Shown here: positions 8,903-18,144 of the stretch, one piece after another
Numbering within the stretch: position 1 is the stretch's first letter
Layout: the number at the start of each line of letters is the position of its first letter
Source: a virus
Strand: one strand, 5' to 3'
Length of the DNA: 64,000 nt
Virus record (IMG/VR): IMGVR_UViG_3300003690_000002
Span: 1-64,000 of that record
Position numbers and translations under genes: made by a program
The notes under the pieces: generated by a model
Databases searched by the model: none
Told to the model about the DNA's origin: nothing
Seen by the model: only the letters and a program-made list of their open reading frames with translations

Positions 8903-9736
8903 TCATTCGCGATAAGAAGTTTTATGAGAATCTCCGTGTTCGGGGATATCTCCCCATATGGCTCTTTCACGAGGTATTTTTACGTCAACTACGTTTTCTC
9001 TAATTATTACTTTAGGTTTTGATTGGTTATTTCCTTCGCCAATTAAATACCCTAAGACTTTAATATCTACTTTAGTTTTATATAATCTTTGTTCCTCTCC
9101 TATCGAAGCAATATTATTATTATAAGAAAAATTTGATTGTATAAATCCTGGATAAATGTGTTCATCCCTTCTCATAGTAAAATAATTTATACCACCTGTT
9201 TTTGTTATAAACGGAGTCAGCATTTCGTTCATTTGTTGTTGATATTCAGATATTAACTCAATTGAATAAATTATATCAATATATGCTGGCATTGGTATCG
9301 TAATTGTTTTATAAACTATTTTTTTATTTTTTCTTGGAAAATTAATCTGATTTCTCTTCCTAAGTGCATCTGCGTTTGCAAAATTTGATGTTTTTTCTTG
9401 CTGAATTGTTTGAACCCAAGGTATCGATCCTCCACGTTCATCATTAACTGGTGGAATATTTGCCCAAAATGCCCCCTTGCTTGATGGATTTTTTTCAGTT
9501 GAAGATCTAGTAATAGTTACTGTGGGCAAAATTAGTGTTCCGGAATCATCTCTTAGTTCTTTTTTATTTTTTGCATGGAATGCTCTCTCAGGTGTCGTCC
9601 AAGTGATAGGGGTTTTTTCCCAACCTTTATTGGTTGTTGTATGTAAATTTACTTCTTTATTAAGCCATTCAAATATTGCATAATCAATGCTTTCGAAAGT
9701 AGATGGTGTCATTGGAAGTTCTTTATGTGGCATCAA
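8903..9736 (-). CDS. Tail completion / sheath terminator protein (T4 gp15-like)
   Basis: ILPTVTITRSS, IPMPAYIDIIYSIELISEYQQQMNEML; positioned between neck genes and sheath. Confidence 0.65.
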   Translation of the reverse strand: MMPHKELPMTPSTFESIDYAIFEWLNKEVNLHTTTNKGWEKTPITWTTPERAFHAKNKKELRDDSGTLILPTVTITRSSTEKNPSSKGAFWANIPPVNDERGGSIPWVQTIQQEKTSNFANADALRKRNQINFPRKNKKIVYKTITIPMPAYIDIIYSIELISEYQQQMNEMLTPFITKTGGINYFTMRRDEHIYPGFIQSNFSYNNNIASIGEEQRLYKTKVDIKVLGYLIGEGNNQSKPKVIIRENVVDVKIPRERAIWGDIPEHGDSHKTSYRE

Positions 9737-10214
9737 AAACTCCCCTACGAGCTTTAATACACTTTGCTTCTATTTCTATTTTGTGATCTACTTGACCAAA
9801 TATTTGTTTTGGTTCGTTTAAAGATACTATTTCATAAAAATCATTTCCATATACTACAAAATCTCCTTCTCTTATAAATAAATCTTGATCCTCCGTTAAT
9901 CTTCGTTTATGAAAATGAATAATAATTGAAGGTTTCCTATCTATTCCCATATTTGTTGTTTCAGTGACAAACCCTTCCCAAACAATTAATGCATATACTC
10001 TTATGGCTGGTAAGAAACTCTTTTCTATGGCTTCGCCGTATAAAGGATGAAAATTTGTATGGGACATGCTTATAGGATAATAAACAATTTGTTGTCCAAT
10101 GACTCTTTCTATAAGTTCATCATTGACTTGCTTGACAAGGTTACGCTCTTTTTCGCCCAAAAACATTGGGGGCGGTGGTTGACTTGGTTGTGTCCATTTG
10201 TTTTCACGTGACAT
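9723..10214 (-). CDS. Neck / head-closure protein (T4 gp14-like)
   Basis: IGQQIVYYPIS...HPLYGEAIEKSF, IREGDFVVYGNDFYEI; follows the gp13-like gene. Confidence 0.65.
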   Translation of the reverse strand: MSRENKWTQPSQPPPPMFLGEKERNLVKQVNDELIERVIGQQIVYYPISMSHTNFHPLYGEAIEKSFLPAIRVYALIVWEGFVTETTNMGIDRKPSIIIHFHKRRLTEDQDLFIREGDFVVYGNDFYEIVSLNEPKQIFGQVDHKIEIEAKCIKARRGVFDAT

Positions 10215-10220
10215 GCTTTG

Positions 10221-11486
10221 TTATCCTACAAACACTTTTAATGGAATTCGTTCTTGAATTTTGTTAACAGAATCTGCAAGAGCCGCATCGTTTTCCATGA
10301 GCTTATTATATATAAGGTCGTCTAAAACTTCTTTTAATTCATCTCTAAGAGCTTTTTGCTCTTCCTTGGATTGTGTTATTAAATCTGCGCCATTCAAAGT
10401 TACAGATTCTCCAGGAATGGGAATTGCTCCAAATTTACTTCTTATATATCCAAGCATCTCCTTGCACAAAGCCAAAGCAAATCTACGAATCCACTGTTTG
10501 CCAATGGAGTTTATATTTTGATAAGGAAGATTCTCAAAAGGTAACGTGTTCATGTTATTAATACCCAATACTCCTGCCTCGGAATTCCCAGACTCTTCCC
10601 ATGGAGTCTCATCCATAAAAAAGTGAATCCAAAATTTATCTGGACTTGCATCAACAGGGCTTGGATATAATCTTATTTTATTATTTTTAAGTTCATATGA
10701 ATAGTGTGAATTTCGTGTATAAATTGCATCTTCAAAAGCCATAGCTTGCGCTTTGTTTTGCCATGCGGGGATAACTTCAAAAGTCGAGTCATCTGCAAAC
10801 TGCCCATAGCTTGCCAAATCACCAACTGTATTCAAACCGCCATAATAGCCATAAAATCTCCACATTGCATGCGGCGTTTTATAAAAAACATTTGAAATAT
10901 TAATTCTTTTGTTTTTCACCTTGCCATAATATTCTACAGATGAACTATATGCAGCACTAGAAGAAATAATTGTCTGCAAATCATAGTCTTGCACACCTTC
11001 TGTAACATCAAAAGAAGCAGAATATATTGTTTTTTCTCCACCAAATCCTGCCTCGGTTGACATAGCCATAGAAACACGGCGAGCATATGCAAATTCGAAT
11101 CTTGGATATCTTAAAGCTATGTTTGAGCCTGACAATGTTTCGCCACTTTGTATTTGACCATCTTCGTCAAATGATCCGGTGGGTGAGCCCAAAAGATCTG
11201 ATAGAACATTTTTTGATTGATGTATATTGACAATATAGGAATATTCTAATACTGACTCTTCATAAGCAGTATAAACTTGTTCTTTTGTCAATTCAACATC
11301 TAAAACATCTCCACCAAGTTTTTTATATGTATAGGCAACTTGATCTGCTGCCCCTGAAAGAAAATATGAATCGCCCTGATAAATTCCAAAAGGAAGTGCC
11401 GCAGATGCTACCGAACTTACTAAACTCGAAGATGGTAAAGTAATGGCACTAGTTTGCGATGCTGGATTTAGAGTTGGTACAGCCAC
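10221..11486 (-). CDS. Neck / head-tail adaptor protein (T4 gp13-like)
   Basis: LGGDVLDVELTKEQV, WIRRFALALCKEMLGYIRSKFGAIPIPGESVTLNGADL; GTG start; follows the capsid gene. Confidence 0.75.
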   Translation of the reverse strand: MAVPTLNPASQTSAITLPSSSLVSSVASAALPFGIYQGDSYFLSGAADQVAYTYKKLGGDVLDVELTKEQVYTAYEESVLEYSYIVNIHQSKNVLSDLLGSPTGSFDEDGQIQSGETLSGSNIALRYPRFEFAYARRVSMAMSTEAGFGGEKTIYSASFDVTEGVQDYDLQTIISSSAAYSSSVEYYGKVKNKRINISNVFYKTPHAMWRFYGYYGGLNTVGDLASYGQFADDSTFEVIPAWQNKAQAMAFEDAIYTRNSHYSYELKNNKIRLYPSPVDASPDKFWIHFFMDETPWEESGNSEAGVLGINNMNTLPFENLPYQNINSIGKQWIRRFALALCKEMLGYIRSKFGAIPIPGESVTLNGADLITQSKEEQKALRDELKEVLDDLIYNKLMENDAALADSVNKIQERIPLKVFVG

Positions 11487-11507
11487 TAGCTAAAGCCCTC
11501 CGTACAA

Positions 11508-11515
11508 TAAATAGT
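11508..11515 (-). promoter_or_regulatory. Putative late promoter motif ACTATTTA
   Basis: Just downstream of the capsid terminator and 22 nt upstream of the neck gene start. Confidence 0.5.
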
Positions 11516-11528
11516 CTTGAAAAAACAA

Positions 11529-11560
11529 AACCCCATATCAACGAATGTCAATATGGGGTT
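11529..11560 (-). terminator. Intrinsic terminator after the major capsid gene
   Basis: 10-bp inverted repeat aaccccatat/atatggggtt followed by a T-tract on the minus strand. Confidence 0.8.
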
Positions 11561-11585
11561 TCTTAAAAAATAATTTAGATTACTA

Positions 11586-13340
11586 TTAGCCGAGTAGATC
11601 AGCAACAATAACCACGCCGTACATATCAGGTCGAACCATCTTCTTCGCATACCGGGTCATAACTCCCTTACGAGGTACGAAATCTTCCGTACCGAAAATG
11701 GTGGGTGTAACCTGCAACGGTACATAAGGAGCATAAACGTAGCCGCTTTCAAGGAAGCTACCGCCCTTACGTCCAACCAGGACAACATTTCGCGGGAAAT
11801 ATGGGTCAACCCAAACGTCCCACTTCTTGCTGAGATTACCGGTTTTCACTGCACCTACAACACCCCTATCATCGTCAGCAGTAATGTTTGCGCGGAAGCC
11901 ACTAGTGAATTCCAAAACATTAGCAACCTCGGGGGAGACAACTAAGAAGTTGGCGCCGCCACGAAGAGTCTTACGATGAATCTGTGCGGATACATCATTA
12001 ATGGTTTCTACCAAAGTTTCATACCACTCTGATACTGTACCAGTAAAGTCTGGGTACAATGTCCCATTAGTCGACTTACCAGTGGTTTTATCTAAGAACT
12101 TACCTGGCTTGCGAGACCAGTAGTAAGTTGCCGCTTTAGCATCTTTCATCAAATCTTCAAGAATCTCACGGTCGATTTCGAGAGCAATGTGCTCTGAAAG
12201 GATACTTGTAAGCTCAACCTCTGCGTCAAGATTATGATAAGCATTCAAATCTTGACCCAATTCCGGTGTCCACTTAGCTTTAAGCTTCTTGGTGATTGCA
12301 GTGACGGACACTGAATCAACTTTGATGTCAAGTTCTGGAATATCTCGATTATCTTCGAGACCCCAACTAGTTTGACCAACAACGGCTCCAAGAGCATTGT
12401 TGCTACTAGCAGCTGGTGTGCCACCAAAATCATCGGTTAACGCAAACTTAACACCTGCATGCGGTATATCGTTGGTTGCGAAAGAGTATACCGTCTCAGA
12501 TCCTGTTGCTGCAACAACAATAAACAAAGTAGGATCTGATGGACTAGACGTACCACTAACAGTGGTCAACCTACGAATTTGTCTACCATCAACAATAGTG
12601 TTGCTAAAGTCAATAGTAACCAAGTTTGTCATGTTAAATTGATCAAATACTGTAGAAGCGGTCACAACTGTATAAATAGCCGCAACAGAACCAGACAAGT
12701 CCGGATCCCATCGAACAATACTATTCGCTATTTCGCTATCCATCGCAGCGTTGGCTTCAGCTTTCCAGTCGGTTCCACCGACCGTTCCACTAGCGTAAAT
12801 ATTCAAGAAACATGTTGCCGATCCGGTTGGAGACGAATAGCCTTGGTTTAATGCGTAAAAGCCCAATTGACTTCCAAGCGTTCCACCAATATTCATACCG
12901 CCAGTGATTGCCTGACCGACCAAATTATTGTCATCTCCATCAACGCCGCCGTATACCGAAGACGCACCATTTACCCCAAGACCACCTGGGGAAGCAGTAT
13001 ATTGGAAGTCCAAGAAGAACAGTAGCCCAGACGGCAAGCTCATTGGCTGTACCGATACCAGGTTGTTTGCAATCAAACCGCCGAAAACTCGACGAACGAT
13101 TGGAAACGCCACTGCCGCAAAACCTTCAACATCACCAGGGCTCGTAGAACCCATTGTTGAAGCCTCTCTTAAAAGCTCTTTTGCTTGATTTTCAAGTATG
13201 CGAGCCATGTTTTGTCTTTCGTAATCGTGTATGAGACCTTCTAAAAGTCCAGTTTGTTCCCACTTATCAAGTAGGGCTGCCCCTTCCTTTGACAGGTCTC
13301 TGTTAACGATTCCTTCTGTTAACTTTTGTAAAACAGACAT
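11586..13340 (-). CDS. gp23: Major capsid protein (T4 gp23-like, HK97 fold)
   Basis: AFPIVRRVFGGLIANNLVSVQPMSLPSGLLFFLDF, KLKAKWTPELGQDLNAYHNLDAEVELT, GYVYAPYVPL, PRKGVMTRYAKKMV. Confidence 0.97.
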   Translation of the reverse strand: MSVLQKLTEGIVNRDLSKEGAALLDKWEQTGLLEGLIHDYERQNMARILENQAKELLREASTMGSTSPGDVEGFAAVAFPIVRRVFGGLIANNLVSVQPMSLPSGLLFFLDFQYTASPGGLGVNGASSVYGGVDGDDNNLVGQAITGGMNIGGTLGSQLGFYALNQGYSSPTGSATCFLNIYASGTVGGTDWKAEANAAMDSEIANSIVRWDPDLSGSVAAIYTVVTASTVFDQFNMTNLVTIDFSNTIVDGRQIRRLTTVSGTSSPSDPTLFIVVAATGSETVYSFATNDIPHAGVKFALTDDFGGTPAASSNNALGAVVGQTSWGLEDNRDIPELDIKVDSVSVTAITKKLKAKWTPELGQDLNAYHNLDAEVELTSILSEHIALEIDREILEDLMKDAKAATYYWSRKPGKFLDKTTGKSTNGTLYPDFTGTVSEWYETLVETINDVSAQIHRKTLRGGANFLVVSPEVANVLEFTSGFRANITADDDRGVVGAVKTGNLSKKWDVWVDPYFPRNVVLVGRKGGSFLESGYVYAPYVPLQVTPTIFGTEDFVPRKGVMTRYAKKMVRPDMYGVVIVADLLG

Positions 13341-13356
13341 TTGTTAATTCCTCCTA

Positions 13357-14391
13357 TTATTTCTGTTTAATTCCTGCCAAAATTTGCATCCTATCCGCGA
13401 ACGAATTGGATTGTTTTACCTCCCGACGAGGCAAAAACGCCGAAGAGCGTTTATTAACCACTTCATTTAGTGATTTTGGTGCTCTATTTGAAGAAGCACC
13501 TTGTATTGCACTTTGAAGGGTCTCAAAGATTGTTTTTGTCTCTTCAACTGAAGTTGATTTTGTAATAGTTTCGACAATTTTATTTTTTTGTCGCTCATTC
13601 AAGGAGTCGCTATTCAAAATACGATTTGTATATAATAGTTTTGCATTTGAAAGATTCACTTTATTAAGCTTTTTCTTTAATTGCAAAGCTAAATTTTTAA
13701 ATTTTTCATTTTCCTCTTTCAAGTCTTTATATTTGCTTGAAAGTTCTTCTAATGATCGTTCGGCTGCAGAGCTTTCATCGGTTTCTTCAACCAGCTCTTC
13801 TTCTTGTTCTTCGGAAACTAACTGTCCTGTATTAATATTTTTAACACGGCGCCCTGGCTCTTTTCCGGTAGCGGTATCTGATGTTTTTGTCGCTTCTTCA
13901 AGTTCCTCATCATCCTTTTGGAGATCAAGCATGCCTTCTAATTCTTCCTCGTTTAATTCCACTTCCTCATCGACATCTTCTACTACTTCATCTAGAATAT
14001 TTTGTAGCATTTCTTCATCAATTATTACACCTTCTTCTAATTCTTCGAGTTCTTCACCTGCAAACTCTTCTCGATCTGCCATTTCTCCTGCCTCCAATTC
14101 TTCTTCGGCTTCTAGCCGTTTAGAAAGCTCATCAAAATCTATTTCAATCTCTTCTTCATCATCTGGACAAGGGCAAAGCTCTTCTCCGTCTGTTGCAGCC
14201 AAAGGTACTTGCTCTGCAAATTCGCCCTCTTCTTCATCAGTGGGAAGTTCTTCATCTTGTTCTAGCAACCTGTTAACAGCTTCTTTAATATCTTTTGAAT
14301 ATTTTTCAATCACTGCCAGTTCGGCGTTTTTAATGGCGGCATCTTTAAGCGCGTCTGCATCAATAATGGCTTGTTCAAGCAATCTAGACAT
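13357..14391 (-). CDS. Prohead scaffold / core protein
   Basis: Very acidic, coiled coil, NLSNAKLLYTNRIL, C-terminal RMQILAGIK; immediately upstream of the capsid gene. Confidence 0.8.
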   Translation of the reverse strand: MSRLLEQAIIDADALKDAAIKNAELAVIEKYSKDIKEAVNRLLEQDEELPTDEEEGEFAEQVPLAATDGEELCPCPDDEEEIEIDFDELSKRLEAEEELEAGEMADREEFAGEELEELEEGVIIDEEMLQNILDEVVEDVDEEVELNEEELEGMLDLQKDDEELEEATKTSDTATGKEPGRRVKNINTGQLVSEEQEEELVEETDESSAAERSLEELSSKYKDLKEENEKFKNLALQLKKKLNKVNLSNAKLLYTNRILNSDSLNERQKNKIVETITKSTSVEETKTIFETLQSAIQGASSNRAPKSLNEVVNKRSSAFLPRREVKQSNSFADRMQILAGIKQK

Positions 14392-14426
14392 TTATAAGCT
14401 CCTATTTAAATCATTTTTGTCTTAAA

Positions 14427-14434
14427 TAAATAGT
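14427..14434 (-). promoter_or_regulatory. Putative late promoter motif ACTATTTA
   Basis: 36 nt upstream of the scaffold start; would drive the scaffold-capsid transcript. Confidence 0.5.
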
Positions 14435-14469
14435 ATGATATTTGGTAAAATCCCTTATTAATTAATAAA

Positions 14470-15801
14470 CTATTGGACTTGCTCCCAATATCCATCTGGC
14501 TTAAACTTAATCACATTGGATTGATCTGTGCAGTAGCCAATAATTCTTTTTGCATCGCCACTTCCAGATGGAGCTATAGTATCCATATAGCCAGGAAGAG
14601 TACGAGAAAATACAGCCTTACCTTTATCGAAATTCATCAAATAAGTGTGCGCATCGAAATAGCCTTCTAATAGCATCCCGTTGGCTTGTGGATCTCCCCC
14701 TAGCGCTATTCCCAATAGTTGATTAGCACCTTCGTTGGCATCATCTGCATCTACGATTTGCCAACCGCCTACTGTGTTTAAGAAATAAAGCTTTCCTGTG
14801 GTTGTAGATCCTGTACCGTAATAAACTCTATGACCACCCCCAGTATCATTACTTATCTGTGAGGGATCATAAGCAACATCAAGCACTGTCGTAGGGCTAC
14901 CGACACGGATACCTACACCATTTTCATGAACAATCAGGGCGGGCTTACCGTTATTGCCAGTAGAGGATCCAGCTTCTATCTTAAAGACATCATAATCGCC
15001 AGATCCAGTCATTGTCGTCGGACCGTTAATATTTACTCCGGCATTTGCGCCACCAGCAACAAAGAAATCTATTTTATCATCGTGCGGATTTATAGCTATA
15101 ATATGTTGACCGTCAGCACCTCCAACTCCAGCACCAAAATAAACACTTCCTGAAAATTCTGTTCCTAATGTGGATCCTGAAATTCTTAATCTGTCCCTAT
15201 TATCTGCATCATATTCTATGAACGCATTTGCAGCGCTGCCAAAATATAAAAATTTGTCATCAACTATTTGTCCATTTTGATTAAAAATTACTCCCTCTTG
15301 ACCATTCGTTGTTTGTATAGTTAGGTACGCAGTTGAAGCTTCTTTAATCTCTAGCGCATTGGAATCATTGTCTGGTACTATTATATCTATGCCGCCGAAC
15401 GCACCGGATATGATAAGCTCATCTGTTCCATCTTCATCATATTCAATTGATGCATTTTGATCATTGCCAAACCAAAGCTTATTATCGTCTTTTAGAATAA
15501 TTCCCTTACCAGAAGTATCTAAAAATAAATTACCAATAGACGAAACCGCAAAATTTGCATAATTAGCTCCATCGTAGTTAATTTTAAGTTGAGGATCAGT
15601 AGTGCCTGTAAGTCGCATATGATCAACAAGTATAATTGAACCGGATATGGTTCCCGCGACGGTCAAATCATGACTCGGACTCGCCGTGCCGATGCCAACG
15701 CGGTCATTTGCTTCATCCACGACAAGCGTTGGGCTATCAACAGAAAGAGCACCAGAGATTGTAAGTGTTGGTTGGTCTCCTCGTCCTGATCTAAATCCCA
15801 T
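14470..15801 (-). CDS. Fibrous virion protein, possibly a head fibre or decoration protein
   Basis: RVGIGTASPSHDLTVAG and VGIRVGSPTTVLDVA fibre-type motifs, an internal duplication, and a C-terminal Gly-rich beta domain; located in the head module. Confidence 0.55.
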   Translation of the reverse strand: MGFRSGRGDQPTLTISGALSVDSPTLVVDEANDRVGIGTASPSHDLTVAGTISGSIILVDHMRLTGTTDPQLKINYDGANYANFAVSSIGNLFLDTSGKGIILKDDNKLWFGNDQNASIEYDEDGTDELIISGAFGGIDIIVPDNDSNALEIKEASTAYLTIQTTNGQEGVIFNQNGQIVDDKFLYFGSAANAFIEYDADNRDRLRISGSTLGTEFSGSVYFGAGVGGADGQHIIAINPHDDKIDFFVAGGANAGVNINGPTTMTGSGDYDVFKIEAGSSTGNNGKPALIVHENGVGIRVGSPTTVLDVAYDPSQISNDTGGGHRVYYGTGSTTTGKLYFLNTVGGWQIVDADDANEGANQLLGIALGGDPQANGMLLEGYFDAHTYLMNFDKGKAVFSRTLPGYMDTIAPSGSGDAKRIIGYCTDQSNVIKFKPDGYWEQVQ

Positions 15802-15815
15802 TTATAAATAATCTC

Positions 15816-16211
15816 CTAATCAGTTAGCCCAGAACCTGTGAGGGATCCTGGCACGATTTCTTCTGCAGAAATTCCAGTTAATTCGGCGTATAACTGCCAT
15901 GCGCTATTGGCTGTAACATTTGTTATATAAATTTCTTTACATCTAACATTAAAAGTCATTGCGTCTTCGTCTGAATCTAGTGTAATATAGTGTCCGTTGG
16001 ACATCACATTGCCATCAGAAGATGTGTTAAAATGCACTTTTATAATAGATGACCCGGAAGCAATCACGGTAACTGCTTTTGCAACAGCTGGAAAGCTAAC
16101 TTTAAATTCCTCGGCAGCCACGCCCCAGCCTTCTGAGCCTGTGATAAATGGCTTTCCCGACATTTGATAAGAGCCGACGCTTCCAAGTCCTGCTCTATAA
16201 TTATGTGCCAT
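15816..16211 (-). CDS. Hypothetical beta-rich protein, probable virion component
   Basis: 131 aa with SD AGGAG; beta-strand pattern; next to the fibre and scaffold genes. Confidence 0.6.
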   Translation of the reverse strand: MAHNYRAGLGSVGSYQMSGKPFITGSEGWGVAAEEFKVSFPAVAKAVTVIASGSSIIKVHFNTSSDGNVMSNGHYITLDSDEDAMTFNVRCKEIYITNVTANSAWQLYAELTGISAEEIVPGSLTGSGLTD

Positions 16212-16235
16212 ATTTGTCTCCTATTCTTCTTCTAA

Positions 16236-16469
16236 CTAGTTCTGTTTTGTCATATTTTCTGTTTCTATCTGAAGTTTTTCCAATGTTCTTATTCTTTTTC
16301 GTTTGTCTTTTTTTCTCTTTTCGGATGGTTTTTCATAATATCTTTTTTCTCTATAATCTTCCATTATTCTTTCTTTTTTAATTTTTTTTGTAAACCGTCG
16401 AATCATTCTATCAATGGGCTCATTTGGATATCGTGGCGTAACTTCAACATTAATAGGTCTTTTTGCCAT
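16236..16469 (-). CDS. rpsU: Ribosomal protein bS21
   Basis: 77 aa, basic; NEPIDRMIRRFTKKIKKERIMEDYREKRYYEKPSEKRKK matches the bS21 E..E..LRRF.K......I..E.R.R..YEKPS.KR pattern. Confidence 0.88.
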   Translation of the reverse strand: MAKRPINVEVTPRYPNEPIDRMIRRFTKKIKKERIMEDYREKRYYEKPSEKRKKDKRKRIRTLEKLQIETENMTKQN

Positions 16470-16492
16470 TTTTTTATTATTTCCTTTTTACC

Positions 16493-16915
16493 CTATCTAA
16501 GTTTTTTCCATATTTTGCTGCCGATAGATGCAAGTCCAGATATATCAACACCTGCGTCTGATGGACTGGTTCCGGCGAGCGCTCCGCGTCGTGGTGATGC
16601 TTCATTAAGAACTCCAACTTCTGTTATTGGATCGATCCCTTCAAATATTTCAGTGTCTAATCCTGTTGCATTTAAAATCTTTTTTCTTCTTTCCCTGTCT
16701 TGTTCCCATTTTTCTTCTAAAAGTTTTTGCTGTTCTTTTGATCGTACGGAAGTTTGTTGTTCTAATTGTACTATAGGTTGTGGTGTGTTAGATGGTCTTA
16801 TACCACTAACAACTTCTGCAATTACTTTCGAAAGGATTCCACCTTCCAACAGGCTTTCTTTTATGCACTCTTTGACAATTGGTTTAAGTATTTTTTTTAA
16901 TTGTGCTTTTTTCAT
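16493..16915 (-). CDS. Hypothetical head-module protein
   Basis: 140 aa; basic amphipathic N-terminus followed by IKE/LLE motifs. Confidence 0.7.
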   Translation of the reverse strand: MKKAQLKKILKPIVKECIKESLLEGGILSKVIAEVVSGIRPSNTPQPIVQLEQQTSVRSKEQQKLLEEKWEQDRERRKKILNATGLDTEIFEGIDPITEVGVLNEASPRRGALAGTSPSDAGVDISGLASIGSKIWKKLR

Positions 16916-16920
16916 TGCTA

Positions 16921-17532
16921 TTACTTTTGTTTTCTTTTTTTGGAGGGTTTTCGAGTTCTGCCTTCTGAAAAAGCGTGACGAGTTTTTATGCCTCCCTCAC
17001 GACCACGTGCCCGTGCCTGATATGCCTTCACTTCTTCTTCTCGGGCGCGATCAACTTCTCTTTTTTCGCCCATTAATTCATATGCTTGATCTGCAATCTT
17101 TCTCGCCCACTTGAGGGCTTCATCATAGCCTTTGTCTTCAGCCAAGTCTTTGAATGTAGCTAGTACTGCTGGTCGGATATGGCTTCCTTTTGGATAACCC
17201 TTCTCGCTGCCATACTTTTGTTCAATACGAGATCCCATATCTGAACCATATGGAAGCTTCGCATTCATAAGATGGTATTTGATTGGAGTTATTACGTCCC
17301 ATTTAATGCCGTGTTCTAATCCATAAGCTGCGTCTCGTGATAGTTGTTCTAATTCTTTATCAAGTTCTTTTTCCGCAGCTGCAGCTTCAGCAGGGTCGGG
17401 ACCGGATGGTTCTGGCTCCGGCTCGGCGGCGGCTTTCTTCTTTTTCTTGAACATATCAAAAAGGCCTTCATTCTTTGTGTTTTCTATTTCTTCTTTGATA
17501 ATTCTTCGTAATCGTAATTTTGTAATTTTCAC
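16921..17532 (-). CDS. Hypothetical protein, candidate internal head protein
   Basis: 203 aa; starts MKITKLRLRRIIKEEI; Ala/Glu/Pro linker; directly after the protease gene. Confidence 0.7.
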   Translation of the reverse strand: MKITKLRLRRIIKEEIENTKNEGLFDMFKKKKKAAAEPEPEPSGPDPAEAAAAEKELDKELEQLSRDAAYGLEHGIKWDVITPIKYHLMNAKLPYGSDMGSRIEQKYGSEKGYPKGSHIRPAVLATFKDLAEDKGYDEALKWARKIADQAYELMGEKREVDRAREEEVKAYQARARGREGGIKTRHAFSEGRTRKPSKKRKQK

Positions 17533-17535
17533 TTG

Positions 17536-18144
17536 TTATTCTCCTCTTAAAATTTCGTTTAATGTACGATTAATACGATCTGCTTTTGTCCATACTGTGT
17601 TCAAGTTTTGTTCTACATTTTCCGTCATCATATATGCACCTTGAGTTGATGGCTCTGAAACAAAATCAAAACATATTAATTGAAAATCATCTTCGACGAT
17701 TGTTTTTCCACTTTGTTCTCGGACGGAGCCTAATCCTCGGGAAGATATTCCAAGCTTAACTCCAGAATTAACTAAGCCTTTTAAAATATTTCCAGAAGGA
17801 GTATTTAATACTTGAATTTTACCCATAACCTCTTCACTATTCCACCAAACCTCTGTCACAAGATGGGAAGCATTTTTAAGGTTGATTACAGAATCTTCTG
17901 GGTGGTCTAGTTCGCCTAGTGCACGGCGCTCTTTCACAATTTTTTTATAATTTTCAATTTCTCTTTCTAATATTCGGCGGGGATAAATACGACCATTTCC
18001 ATTGAGTTCATCTGCCTTTTGTATGACACCGCTTAATATTAAAACACCATCTGCGACCAATCGTTTTTCATCTTCAGTTAAAAGATCTTCACACGTACCA
18101 CCAGGACAGAGTTCATAATATTCTTTAAGAAGCATTTTAGACAT
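17536..18144 (-). CDS. gp21: Prohead core protease (T4 gp21-like)
   Basis: LSGVIQKADELNGNGRIYP, ALGELDHPE, TPSGNILKGL, LGISSRGLGS, FDFVSEPST. Confidence 0.93.
   Translation of the reverse strand: MSKMLLKEYYELCPGGTCEDLLTEDEKRLVADGVLILSGVIQKADELNGNGRIYPRRILEREIENYKKIVKERRALGELDHPEDSVINLKNASHLVTEVWWNSEEVMGKIQVLNTPSGNILKGLVNSGVKLGISSRGLGSVREQSGKTIVEDDFQLICFDFVSEPSTQGAYMMTENVEQNLNTVWTKADRINRTLNEILRGE

Noticed and set aside
11546-11551. TTGACA (-35 consensus) at the loop/stem of the capsid terminator on the minus strand
   Set aside because: No -10 hexamer lies at 16-18 nt spacing.
13733-14425. 230-aa Ser-rich plus-strand ORF and the other plus-strand ORFs in the track
   Set aside because: They are antisense shadows of minus-strand genes. 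The Ser runs are simply the reverse complement of Glu codons in the acidic scaffold, and none has a credible SD or protein motif.
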